From: Microcystis aeruginosa NIES-843
GTDB taxonomy: Bacteria; Cyanobacteriota; Cyanobacteriia; Cyanobacteriales; Microcystaceae
Assembly: GCF_000010625.1 (NCBI RefSeq)
Contig: NC_010296.1
Coordinates: forward strand, 720,001-752,000
Length of the DNA: 32,000 nucleotides
Reading direction: 5' to 3'
Notes under the pieces: model-generated
Database searches by the model: none
The model's input: the letters and a program-made list of their open reading frames with translations, nothing else
What the model was told of the DNA's origin: nothing
Made by a program: the position numbers and the translations under genes
Shown: one piece after another, positions 25,028-32,000 of the stretch
How positions within the stretch are numbered: position 1 is the stretch's first letter
How the letters are laid out: every line of letters starts with the position of its first letter

Positions 25028-26614
25028 CTATCCATTAGTCACATCTTTCTTAACATAAAATTTGACAAAAAGAGAAAAGTGTGCCAGATGGCTCAAGGGG
25101 GTTCTATAGGGGGACTAATTTGATGAGATAGTTTCCAAGTCTGGCTGATATCATGTAACCTTCGCAGTCCCAACCAAATAGTTTTAACACCAGGTTCACC
25201 GTCACCTTTTCTACCTAAAAACCCCCCAAGAGAAGCAATCATTCTGACCGCTTCTCGAAAGGAGGGCGGCTTTTCAGGTGGCGGACTCTTTTTATGAATA
25301 GTGGCACACAAAGATTGCCATTCATGTTCTTCCAAAAAACTTTCACAACTCTCCTCTCCGTGTAAGCGTGCTTGATAGGTTAACCAAAGTAATCTCCAAG
25401 CTACAATTGAATAGGTAGCTAAGGCCATCTCAATTCTCCTACCCGTTTCTAATTGCAGTTTTTCTAATCCACAACCACTTTTTAAAACAAAATGATAGCG
25501 TTCTATTAACCAGCGATAACTATACCAGCGCACACAGGTTATCGCTGATTCAAAGCTACTAATGTCTAGGCTAGTTAAGAGCAGCCAACTGATAGGATTA
25601 ACTCCGCTATGCGGATTTTCTTCTTCAGCTAAAATTACCTGTAATTTGACCGGTTGACGAGGGGTCGCCTTGGAGTGATGGCTAGGTACTTGTATTTCAA
25701 AACTGGCAAATCTAACTGTTAGTTTAGCTAGTCTAGCCTCGTGATTAGGATTGCGTTTTACTTGCACATCTAAGGTCCCACAGGCTTTTATTTCTCTGAT
25801 GGATTGATGTAAATATTTAGGCTCTGAATGCCCTGACCTTTGCTTGTCTTCGAGATAGTTAACTTTTCGGTTATGAGTTCCTCGAATTAATAAATGAGAG
25901 TTAGGACTTCTTGATTGGGCAAATAAATCAAATATGTCTGCCTCACAATCTCCGATTGTTACTACTTGAATATCTTCGGGTATCTGTTGTTGTGTTTCTG
26001 ACAAAGAATCTAACCATCTTTGACTTTCTTTTTCTTGGGTTTCTCTTTTTTTGCGTTGCTTGGCAATCCCTAAATTCTTTTCTTCTCTTGCCCAGACATA
26101 TTGATTAATCAGTCCTAAAGGTATTCCGACTGGGGACACTCCTAAGGTGGTATGAACTTTGAGACCAAAGGATTTTTTATAATCTAGATAACCCATGCCT
26201 TTTTTGGCTTTTTGCGTCGTAAAGTCTAAACTTGTTGTGTCTTGCACTGCCAAAACTATTGGATGTTCTTTGATTCTTTCTACTGTACTTTTGGCCTGGG
26301 CGGCAATTATATCTGAGGGGTGAAAATAGGGGGAATTCCAAAAGTCGTAGGTGGCACTCGCTGCGGCTAGATTTCCTGAAGCTTGTGGCACACTTGTACT
26401 AGGTTGACTGGCCAAGTTTTCCACGATACTGATTAACCTTTTCTTTCTTCTGGTGTCCCCTAGGTCTGCATACTGTAATTCTTGGGCTGCCCATTTCTCC
26501 ATTTTTTTGCTTACCTCCACCTTAATTCCTTCTTTCAAAACTATACCTATCAATCGTTTCCCCTTTTTTTAAGTTTCTTCTCTTTTTGTTAAGAAAGATC
26601 CGACTAATGGATAG
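25028..26614 (-). mobile_element. IS4-family (IS50/Tn5-like) insertion sequence, 1587 bp
   Basis: The 27-bp terminal inverted repeats CTATCCATTAGTC(AC/GG)ATCTTTCTTAAC have 2 mismatches. A perfect 9-bp TSD CTTGATAAG lies at 25019-25027 and 26615-26623. Confidence 0.9.
25093..26502 (-). CDS. IS4-family transposase (Tn5-like)
   Basis: The C-terminal YSYRWLIERYHFVLKSG matches the Y-x2-R-x3-E-x6-K signature. The N-terminus WAAQELQYADLGDTRRKKRL resembles the Tn5 Tnp DNA-binding region. ATG 26502 is preceded by GGAGG and is preferred over the track start at 26553. Confidence 0.85.
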   Translation of the reverse strand: MEKWAAQELQYADLGDTRRKKRLISIVENLASQPSTSVPQASGNLAAASATYDFWNSPYFHPSDIIAAQAKSTVERIKEHPIVLAVQDTTSLDFTTQKAKKGMGYLDYKKSFGLKVHTTLGVSPVGIPLGLINQYVWAREEKNLGIAKQRKKRETQEKESQRWLDSLSETQQQIPEDIQVVTIGDCEADIFDLFAQSRSPNSHLLIRGTHNRKVNYLEDKQRSGHSEPKYLHQSIREIKACGTLDVQVKRNPNHEARLAKLTVRFASFEIQVPSHHSKATPRQPVKLQVILAEEENPHSGVNPISWLLLTSLDISSFESAITCVRWYSYRWLIERYHFVLKSGCGLEKLQLETGRRIEMALATYSIVAWRLLWLTYQARLHGEESCESFLEEHEWQSLCATIHKKSPPPEKPPSFREAVRMIASLGGFLGRKGDGEPGVKTIWLGLRRLHDISQTWKLSHQISPPIEPP

Positions 26615-26728
26615 CTTGATAAGGGGGGTGCCGATAGGCGGGGGGATCTGATAGTTTTTAACGCCTACCTACTTATCTTTTAATCAATCCGAAAGGGACT
26701 AGGAGAGGGTCGAAATTCCCGATAGGCG

Positions 26729-27358
26729 TTAATTGTAGCCAGAAAGTCGATTGTAAAGTCTTTTATTGATTTCGTATAGTACCCAAATAATTAAAAAACA
26801 GACAGAGATGAATATCAAAGGTTTTTGAGTCAGTAAATTCTGCAAACTCCAGAATAGTTGCTGCGGTTGAGTGACTAGATACCAACTATTCAGCCGGAGA
26901 AAACGCCCTAGATAAATACCGATCGCACTTAAAAAATGGAGAGTTATTTCTAGGGGTAAAACTGCTGAATTTAGCTGACTTTGCTGACAATAACTTTTTA
27001 AATTAAGTAAGGAGAGAACGTATAGCTGAAAGCCAATAAAAATAAAGATACTATACTGGGGAATTAAAACTAAAAAAAATAAACTTTTGGCGTAATCCTG
27101 CTGAAGATAGGCGATTAAATGAATGCTATCGGTGAGAATATAGGGAGCATTGGGTAAAAAAAGCAGGAAAACTAAGAGAATTAACCACCAGAGTAGGGAA
27201 CGATCGAGGGTGATCCGAAATAGCCAAAAGCTGAGGATAAAGGGGATAAAGGCCAGAAAAGAATTCCAGATAATCCTCCCGGTGCTAAGGTTAAATAATT
27301 GCCAAGCATTATGCCACCAATCCCTAGTTAAAATTATCGTTAAATCTGCCCAAATCAT
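26729..27358 (-). CDS. DUF1361-family integral membrane protein
   Basis: The 209-aa polytopic protein has the pattern NLFLAFIP-like (WNSFLAFIPF) and PNAPYILTD, recalled as DUF1361 hallmarks. Confidence 0.6.
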   Translation of the reverse strand: MIWADLTIILTRDWWHNAWQLFNLSTGRIIWNSFLAFIPFILSFWLFRITLDRSLLWWLILLVFLLFLPNAPYILTDSIHLIAYLQQDYAKSLFFLVLIPQYSIFIFIGFQLYVLSLLNLKSYCQQSQLNSAVLPLEITLHFLSAIGIYLGRFLRLNSWYLVTQPQQLFWSLQNLLTQKPLIFISVCFLIIWVLYEINKRLYNRLSGYN

Positions 27359-27361
27359 CCC

Positions 27362-27778
27362 TTAAATACCAGTCTCCTCTAGGGTTGATAAATATCCTAA
27401 CCAATGTTTTAAAGATTCCGGTAAAGGGATTCTTTTTCTAGCGGTGGGAGCGATGCACACATGGCGAGTTTTCGCTTTTGCGACCATGATTTCAGCCAAA
27501 TAAATTTTATACTGCAATTGAAACTCGTTTTCGCTCAGGGATCGGACAGTGAAATCAATTTGTATGCGATCACCACAAAAAAGGGGACGAAAAAACTGGA
27601 TTTCCGCTTGAGTAATCGGTAGGGCAACCGGAGAATCTTTGAAAAAATCCTTGATATTGATGCCAAATTGTGCTAAAGAAAACTCGTAGGCTTCATGACA
27701 GATCGAGAGAAGATGGGCAAAGTAAACCACACCGGCCGCATCGGTATCGGCCAGATAAATTAGGCGCTCGTAGGGCAT
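27362..27778 (-). CDS. Hotdog-fold acyl-CoA thioesterase, 1,4-dihydroxy-2-naphthoyl-CoA hydrolase-like
   Basis: The 138-aa protein has the N-terminal DTDAAGVVYFAHLL motif of the 4HBT-type family, as in cyanobacterial phylloquinone-pathway DHNA-CoA thioesterases. Confidence 0.7.
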   Translation of the reverse strand: MPYERLIYLADTDAAGVVYFAHLLSICHEAYEFSLAQFGINIKDFFKDSPVALPITQAEIQFFRPLFCGDRIQIDFTVRSLSENEFQLQYKIYLAEIMVAKAKTRHVCIAPTARKRIPLPESLKHWLGYLSTLEETGI

Positions 27779-27785
27779 AAAAAGC

Positions 27786-28304
27786 TTATTGTCTTTCCAG
27801 AAAGGTTAAACTATCTTGTAGTTGTCTTAACTCGTCCCGATGGGCTTTGACAGTTAATTCCGTTTGCTGAGATTTGCTTTCTACTTTAAAAGCCACTTCT
27901 TCTAAACGGCCGACTTTTTGCCAATAGAAAACACCCGCGAGGGGAGATAAACCCACAAGAGCAAAAATATAGGGATTAGTATCGGGAAATAACAACGATA
28001 ACACCAGTGAGAAGCAAAATAAACCCAAGGCCGCCAAAATTGTCAAAAATATCGCTAGGAAGGGGCTAGGCGGCACAAAACCCTGTAATCTGACAATATT
28101 CTGTTCGGGTTCGATCGCCTTGACTTGATAGGAACGTCGGTCAAAATAATCTCGCAGTTGTTCTAATAGTTGGTCGTCACTGGTACTGGTAAGATAGACA
28201 CGCTGTTCGATACGCTCTTTGACGGAACCGCGAATAAAAAAGAATAATCCCACCATGAGCAGGAGAGTCAGAAAAAAAGTTGAGGAAAGAACGGGGGTAT
28301 CCAT
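27786..28304 (-). CDS. CCB1-like/DUF3529 membrane protein (cofactor assembly of complex C subunit B-like)
   Basis: The N-terminal transmembrane helix ends in GLFFFIRGSVKER, and there are later transmembrane helices in a 172-aa protein. The family is assigned from memory. Confidence 0.5.
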   Translation of the reverse strand: MDTPVLSSTFFLTLLLMVGLFFFIRGSVKERIEQRVYLTSTSDDQLLEQLRDYFDRRSYQVKAIEPEQNIVRLQGFVPPSPFLAIFLTILAALGLFCFSLVLSLLFPDTNPYIFALVGLSPLAGVFYWQKVGRLEEVAFKVESKSQQTELTVKAHRDELRQLQDSLTFLERQ

Positions 28305-28439
28305 GGCGGCAGTTAGGAGCGAAAAAACTTACAATTAATCCTAATTATCCTAACCTATCTTCTCCCCCGATTTAGAAGATAGACCCTAGGAGCAAAACCT
28401 CGATCGAGAATCAGAAAAATTTAACCCCAAGGCAGATTC

Positions 28440-29345
28440 ATGGGCAACAATCTATTAACAGGATTAATCGAACCCTTACAGTATAGTTTCATGCAGAGAT
28501 CCCTAATTGAAGCTATCATCGTCGGGATCATTTGTGCGGTGGTGGGAACCTACCTGATGGTACAACGTTTGGCCCTCTTGGGCGATGCCATCAGTCACTC
28601 GGTCTTACCCGGATTAGCGATCGCTTTTATTGGTAATTTTAATCTGCTACTGGGTGCTTTACTAGCCTCAATGGTCAGTACTCTACTGATTAACTTGATC
28701 CGTAATCGTTCCCCAATCAAAGAAGATGCGGCCATGGGTATCGTTTTCTCGGCTTTTTTTGCCCTTGGCATCACCCTGATCACTCTCATCCAAAAAAACA
28801 ACAAAATTGACCTGAATCACTTTCTCTTCGGCAATATTCTGGGTGTCACTGCTGCCGACATCCGCGATACCCTAATTATTGCCGTTATCGTTTTGTTAAC
28901 CGTTTTGCTCCTGTATAAAGAACTATTATTCTACACTTTCGACAAAATCGGGGCGCAAGCGGCGGGTTTACCGGTAAATTTATTAGATTTAGGCTTAATG
29001 CTCCTGATCGGTCTGACAATAGTTGCTAGTCTCCAAGCGGTGGGAGTAATCCTCGTTTTGTCCCTTTTGATTACCCCCGCGGCCACTGCTTATCTTTTAG
29101 TTACCCGTCTCCATCAAGTCATGGGTGTGGGTGTGGGTGTGGGTATTATTTCTAGTATCAGTGGGATGTATTTAAGTTATTACTGGAATTTACCCTCTGG
29201 ACCTGCGATCGTGCTTGTCGCTTTTAGCCTATTTATGTTGGCCTTTTTATTCAGTCCCCGTCAGGGAATTTTCACCCATCCCTCTAGTCTAGGTGGTCAA
29301 CTTTCTATCTGGGGAGAGATGAAAAATTTGTTGAGACGACGTTAG
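28440..29345 (+). CDS. Metal (Mn/Zn) ABC transporter permease, ABC-3 family
   Basis: The 301-aa polytopic protein has the LLGDAISHSVLPGLA motif typical of MntB/ZnuB/TroCD permeases. No ATPase or binding-protein gene lies beside it in this window. Confidence 0.85.
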   Translation: MGNNLLTGLIEPLQYSFMQRSLIEAIIVGIICAVVGTYLMVQRLALLGDAISHSVLPGLAIAFIGNFNLLLGALLASMVSTLLINLIRNRSPIKEDAAMGIVFSAFFALGITLITLIQKNNKIDLNHFLFGNILGVTAADIRDTLIIAVIVLLTVLLLYKELLFYTFDKIGAQAAGLPVNLLDLGLMLLIGLTIVASLQAVGVILVLSLLITPAATAYLLVTRLHQVMGVGVGVGIISSISGMYLSYYWNLPSGPAIVLVAFSLFMLAFLFSPRQGIFTHPSSLGGQLSIWGEMKNLLRRR

Positions 29346-29628
29346 TTTGCAGCAGAAGGTGGGTTTTTTGGCAAGTGATCAAAAAAAGCCGACGGCTAAA
29401 AAACTGATAACGGCTATCAGTAGTCGTGCAGAATTAATTTCCTAGTCGAGACTCCGAGACAGTAGAGGATGCCCTATCAGGTTATACTTCATCTTTAGGA
29501 GAAACGCCTTAAGTATGGCACGATTTTTGAAAAATGGTATAAAAAGTATAAATGTCAATCGATCGACTTAAATCTTAAACTAAATAATCAACCCCGAATC
29601 GCCCGGTATTGGAGGAACAAAACAACTC

Positions 29629-30306
29629 GTGACTATAACTGATTTAATCCAAAAAGGCGGAGTGGCCATGTGGCCGCTGCTTTTTCTGTCTATTTTAGCT
29701 CTTAGCACTATTATCGAACGAATTTGGTTTTGGAGTCGTACTCTCCTCAGTGAGGGCCAGATTTTAAATCGCATTATGGAATCCGCCATCCGTAACTGGG
29801 ATTTGGCGGCAAAAGTCGCTGGAGATTCCCGCAATCACCCCATTGGTAGCTATCTCTACGCACCCCTGCGCTTAGAAAATCCAGATCCAGAGGTTTTTCA
29901 CTTTGCCCTCGAATCGGCTGCCGATGAACAATTATCCCTAATGAAACGGGGCGATAAAATCCTTGAGGCAGTCATTGCCCTTTCTCCCCTGTTAGGATTA
30001 TTAGGGACGGTACTCGGTTTAATTACCTCTTTGGCCAATATTCAATTAAGTGACCTGGGAACTTCCTCGACGGCGGGAGTAACTTTAGGTATTAGTGAAG
30101 CTTTAATTTCCACCGCTACCGGCTTAATTGTCGCTATTTTTAGCCTCGCTTTCTATCGTGTTTTTCAGGGACTCTGGTTCAATCAAGCCCGAATTTTTCG
30201 CAAGGCCGGCAGTGATTTAGAAATTATCTACCGCCAACGCTGGTTACACCAAGAAGACCAACAATACGCCCTCAGTGCTAACCTAGAAAAACCTCTCGAT
30301 CGCTAA
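29629..30306 (+). CDS. exbB: MotA/TolQ/ExbB-family proton channel
   Basis: The three-transmembrane topology and the C-terminal [10 protein letters not shown]...ALISTATGL signature are present. It is followed by an ExbD-type gene. The start is GTG. Confidence 0.85.
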   Translation: MTITDLIQKGGVAMWPLLFLSILALSTIIERIWFWSRTLLSEGQILNRIMESAIRNWDLAAKVAGDSRNHPIGSYLYAPLRLENPDPEVFHFALESAADEQLSLMKRGDKILEAVIALSPLLGLLGTVLGLITSLANIQLSDLGTSSTAGVTLGISEALISTATGLIVAIFSLAFYRVFQGLWFNQARIFRKAGSDLEIIYRQRWLHQEDQQYALSANLEKPLDR

Positions 30307-30324
30307 ATCTCTCCCTTATCAAGC

Positions 30325-30894
30325 ATGGCCGAAACTAAATCTCTTAACCACAAAAAGCCAAAAAGTAGCCATATTACGGCTCGTCCGCTCAAATTATGGC
30401 ATGATCAACACCGCATTCAAGAGGATGTGCAGGTTAATATCATTCCCTTGATCGATGTAATTTTCTGTATTCTCACTTTCTTTATTCTCGGTGCAGTGGG
30501 ATTATCTCGCCAACAGGCTATCAGTCTCGATTTACCGAAAGCTAGTACCGCCACCACCCCGATGCGGGAAATGTTGGTGGTTAGTCTCGATGATTTCGGA
30601 CAACTCTACGTCGAAAAACAAATGGTGACTCGCGCCCAGTTGTTCGAGGCGATCAAGAATTATCATCAATATAGTCCCAATGGACTGATGGTACTGAATG
30701 CCTCCAGAAATGCCAGTTATAACGAAGTGGTTGGGGTTTTAGACCTACTGCGACAGGTAGGCGGTGATCGTGTGGCTTTAGCGACTCTATCGGGGGAGGC
30801 TAATAATCCCACCCTGGAAAATAGCAATCCTTTGCCCAATTTGCCGACTAATCCCACCTTGCCCAGTTTACCCAATCCTCTGGGCAGCAATTAA
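30325..30894 (+). CDS. exbD: ExbD/TolR-family biopolymer transport protein with a Pro/Asn-rich tail
   Basis: A single N-terminal transmembrane helix (IPLIDVIFCILTFFIL) is followed by a periplasmic domain and a low-complexity C-terminus NPLPNLPTNPTLPSLPNP. Confidence 0.85.
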   Translation: MAETKSLNHKKPKSSHITARPLKLWHDQHRIQEDVQVNIIPLIDVIFCILTFFILGAVGLSRQQAISLDLPKASTATTPMREMLVVSLDDFGQLYVEKQMVTRAQLFEAIKNYHQYSPNGLMVLNASRNASYNEVVGVLDLLRQVGGDRVALATLSGEANNPTLENSNPLPNLPTNPTLPSLPNPLGSN

Positions 30895-31245
30895 CTAGGA
30901 ATGGATGCGATAGCTGAGTAATTGTTCTTCGAGGGCGGCAATGCGATTGTAGGCCGCCGTCAATTGTGCCGTTAATCGGCGAATTTGGATTTCATCGGCA
31001 AAAGAATTATCGCCATTGACAGCTGGGGCTTGTTTGCCACCGTGATCCCGGAGAATATCTTTATGATCGTAGAGGCTATTATCGGATAACTCGGAAAAAC
31101 CGACCATTTCCAGGGATTCTCGCCTGGAATGACTCGATTTATCCCCAGCTAGGATAGCAATTTGCTGGCTGAGGCTTTCGACAATATCCTGTAGACGCTC
31201 GACTTTCTGCTCAAGACTGATAATCTGTTGTTGTAGTCCATTCAT
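30895..31245 (-). CDS. Hypothetical coiled-coil protein, 116 aa
   Basis: The ORF is clean, with heptad-like N- and C-terminal segments (LEQKVERLQDIVESL; LTAQLTAAYNRIAALEEQL). I recognise no family. Confidence 0.5.
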   Translation of the reverse strand: MNGLQQQIISLEQKVERLQDIVESLSQQIAILAGDKSSHSRRESLEMVGFSELSDNSLYDHKDILRDHGGKQAPAVNGDNSFADEIQIRRLTAQLTAAYNRIAALEEQLLSYRIHS

Positions 31246-31358
31246 GCAATTACCTAGGGATAAAGGAGGTTTCCCCTCTATGCTAGGCTCTGGAGGAAAT
31301 GGGCTATAACAATTTCTGATTGATTTAACGATCCCTTTACTGCCCTTAACGAAAATAT

Positions 31359-31405
31359 GGCACGGGAAGTCCCCACACGAGACCGAAGCAGGATGGGGAT
31401 GTGCC
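31359..31405 (-). terminator. Long imperfect hairpin, plausible csaB terminator
   Basis: GGCAC...TCCCCA...TGGGGA.GTGCC forms nested stems. Read on the minus strand, it is followed by ATATTTTCG. An alternative plus-strand reading is discussed in the findings. Confidence 0.3.
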
Positions 31406-31519
31406 GAGTGCCTCCTTTCCCCTTGATCAAAACCTATGCCACAACAAGGACTTAAGCATATTTTGAGACTTTTTAGAATGAAATAGCCCTGGCATCGGTA
31501 ATCGCACTCGACATAAAAA

Positions 31520-32000
31520 TTAGCTCACCAATCTAGATAAAATTTCTCGATGAATTAAAGCTCGATCGATTAAAAAATGTTTGCGATCGCTGGTTAATCC
31601 CTCTCCATTGGCATAAAAATCAATCCAAGTGGTACTAATATCATTAACTGCCTCTGGTAACTGATCTAATTCCCAACCCGGCATCGGTACTTCGGCAATT
31701 AATCGCGACACTTTCGGATCATAACTCAGGGCAAAACAACGACAATCTTCTGCTGCGGCCATAATTAAACTATGAAAGCGCATTCCGATCACCATTTCTA
31801 CCCCGCGAAATAAGCCTTTTAACTGTCTTGGATCCTCTAAACTAATGATTTTATGATTTTCCCTTAATTGACAGGCTACAGCTTCACAAAGGGGCAAATC
31901 CCGCGACTTTTGAAAAGGGACTAAGAGAATAAACGCCCCCGTACTGATTTGTAAATCAATTAAAGCTTGGGTTAATTTATCTAATTTTGCCGGGGTTAAT
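31520..32000 (-). CDS. csaB: Polysaccharide pyruvyl transferase CsaB-like, C-terminal part (5' end outside window)
   Basis: The frame stays open from 31897 to the window edge (...LTPAKLDKLTQALIDLQISTGAFILLVPFQKSRDLPLCEAV...). The sequence GMRFHSLIMAAA is typical of PS_pyruv_trans/CsaB. Confidence 0.65.
   Translation of the reverse strand, partial: LTPAKLDKLTQALIDLQISTGAFILLVPFQKSRDLPLCEAVACQLRENHKIISLEDPRQLKGLFRGVEMVIGMRFHSLIMAAAEDCRCFALSYDPKVSRLIAEVPMPGWELDQLPEAVNDISTTWIDFYANGEGLTSDRKHFLIDRALIHREILSRLVS

Larger units (their letters stand above)
24960..26675. mobile_element. MITE family 1, copy 3, split by a nested IS4/IS50-like element
   Basis: The left part is 24960-25027 and the right part is 26615-26675. 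Joined minus one TSD, they are colinear with copy 2, including CCCCCCTTGATAAGGGGGG. Confidence 0.85.

Noticed and set aside
29580-29834. 84-aa minus-strand ORF overlapping the exbB start
   Set aside because: It is antisense to a well-supported exbB and has no motif. It is probably a shadow ORF.

Overview
The window looks like a cyanobacterial chromosome segment. It has perfect HIP1 octamers (GCGATCGC, about 15 found by eye), heptamer STRR-type tandem repeats and GGGGTGT arrays. I infer Microcystis from this repeat and IS content, without any database search. Conserved housekeeping genes are present: hli, gdhA, a P-type ATPase, pyrC, a DUF3326/CPBP/DUF3531 cluster, a GH116 glucosidase, a Rieske oxygenase, a DHNA-CoA thioesterase operon, an mntB-like permease, exbBD and csaB. 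These are interrupted by heavy mobile-element traffic. I resolved three complete IS elements with inverted repeats and target-site duplications (TSDs): ISL3 family at 6029-7450, IS1634 family at 8059-10131 and an IS4/IS50-like element at 25028-26614. Three small non-autonomous element families are also present. Two of the three copies of a ~110-bp MITE carry a nested IS. A 187-bp ISL3-derived MITE with TSD CTATGATT splits a GT61-type glycosyltransferase gene into the two ORFs at 19206 and 19794. The most unusual locus is 7.5-13.6 kb. It holds a non-coding A-B-A array of promoter-plus-hairpin modules with a 299-bp period. An IS insertion now separates that array from a beta-class DNA methyltransferase fused to a C-terminal Mrr-like nuclease domain. 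Rpn-family and Uma2-family nuclease genes follow. I cannot assign the array to any RNA or defence family I know. It is the best candidate here for something undescribed, but the evidence is structural only. All calls rest on reading the sequence and on remembered family motifs; no searches were run.
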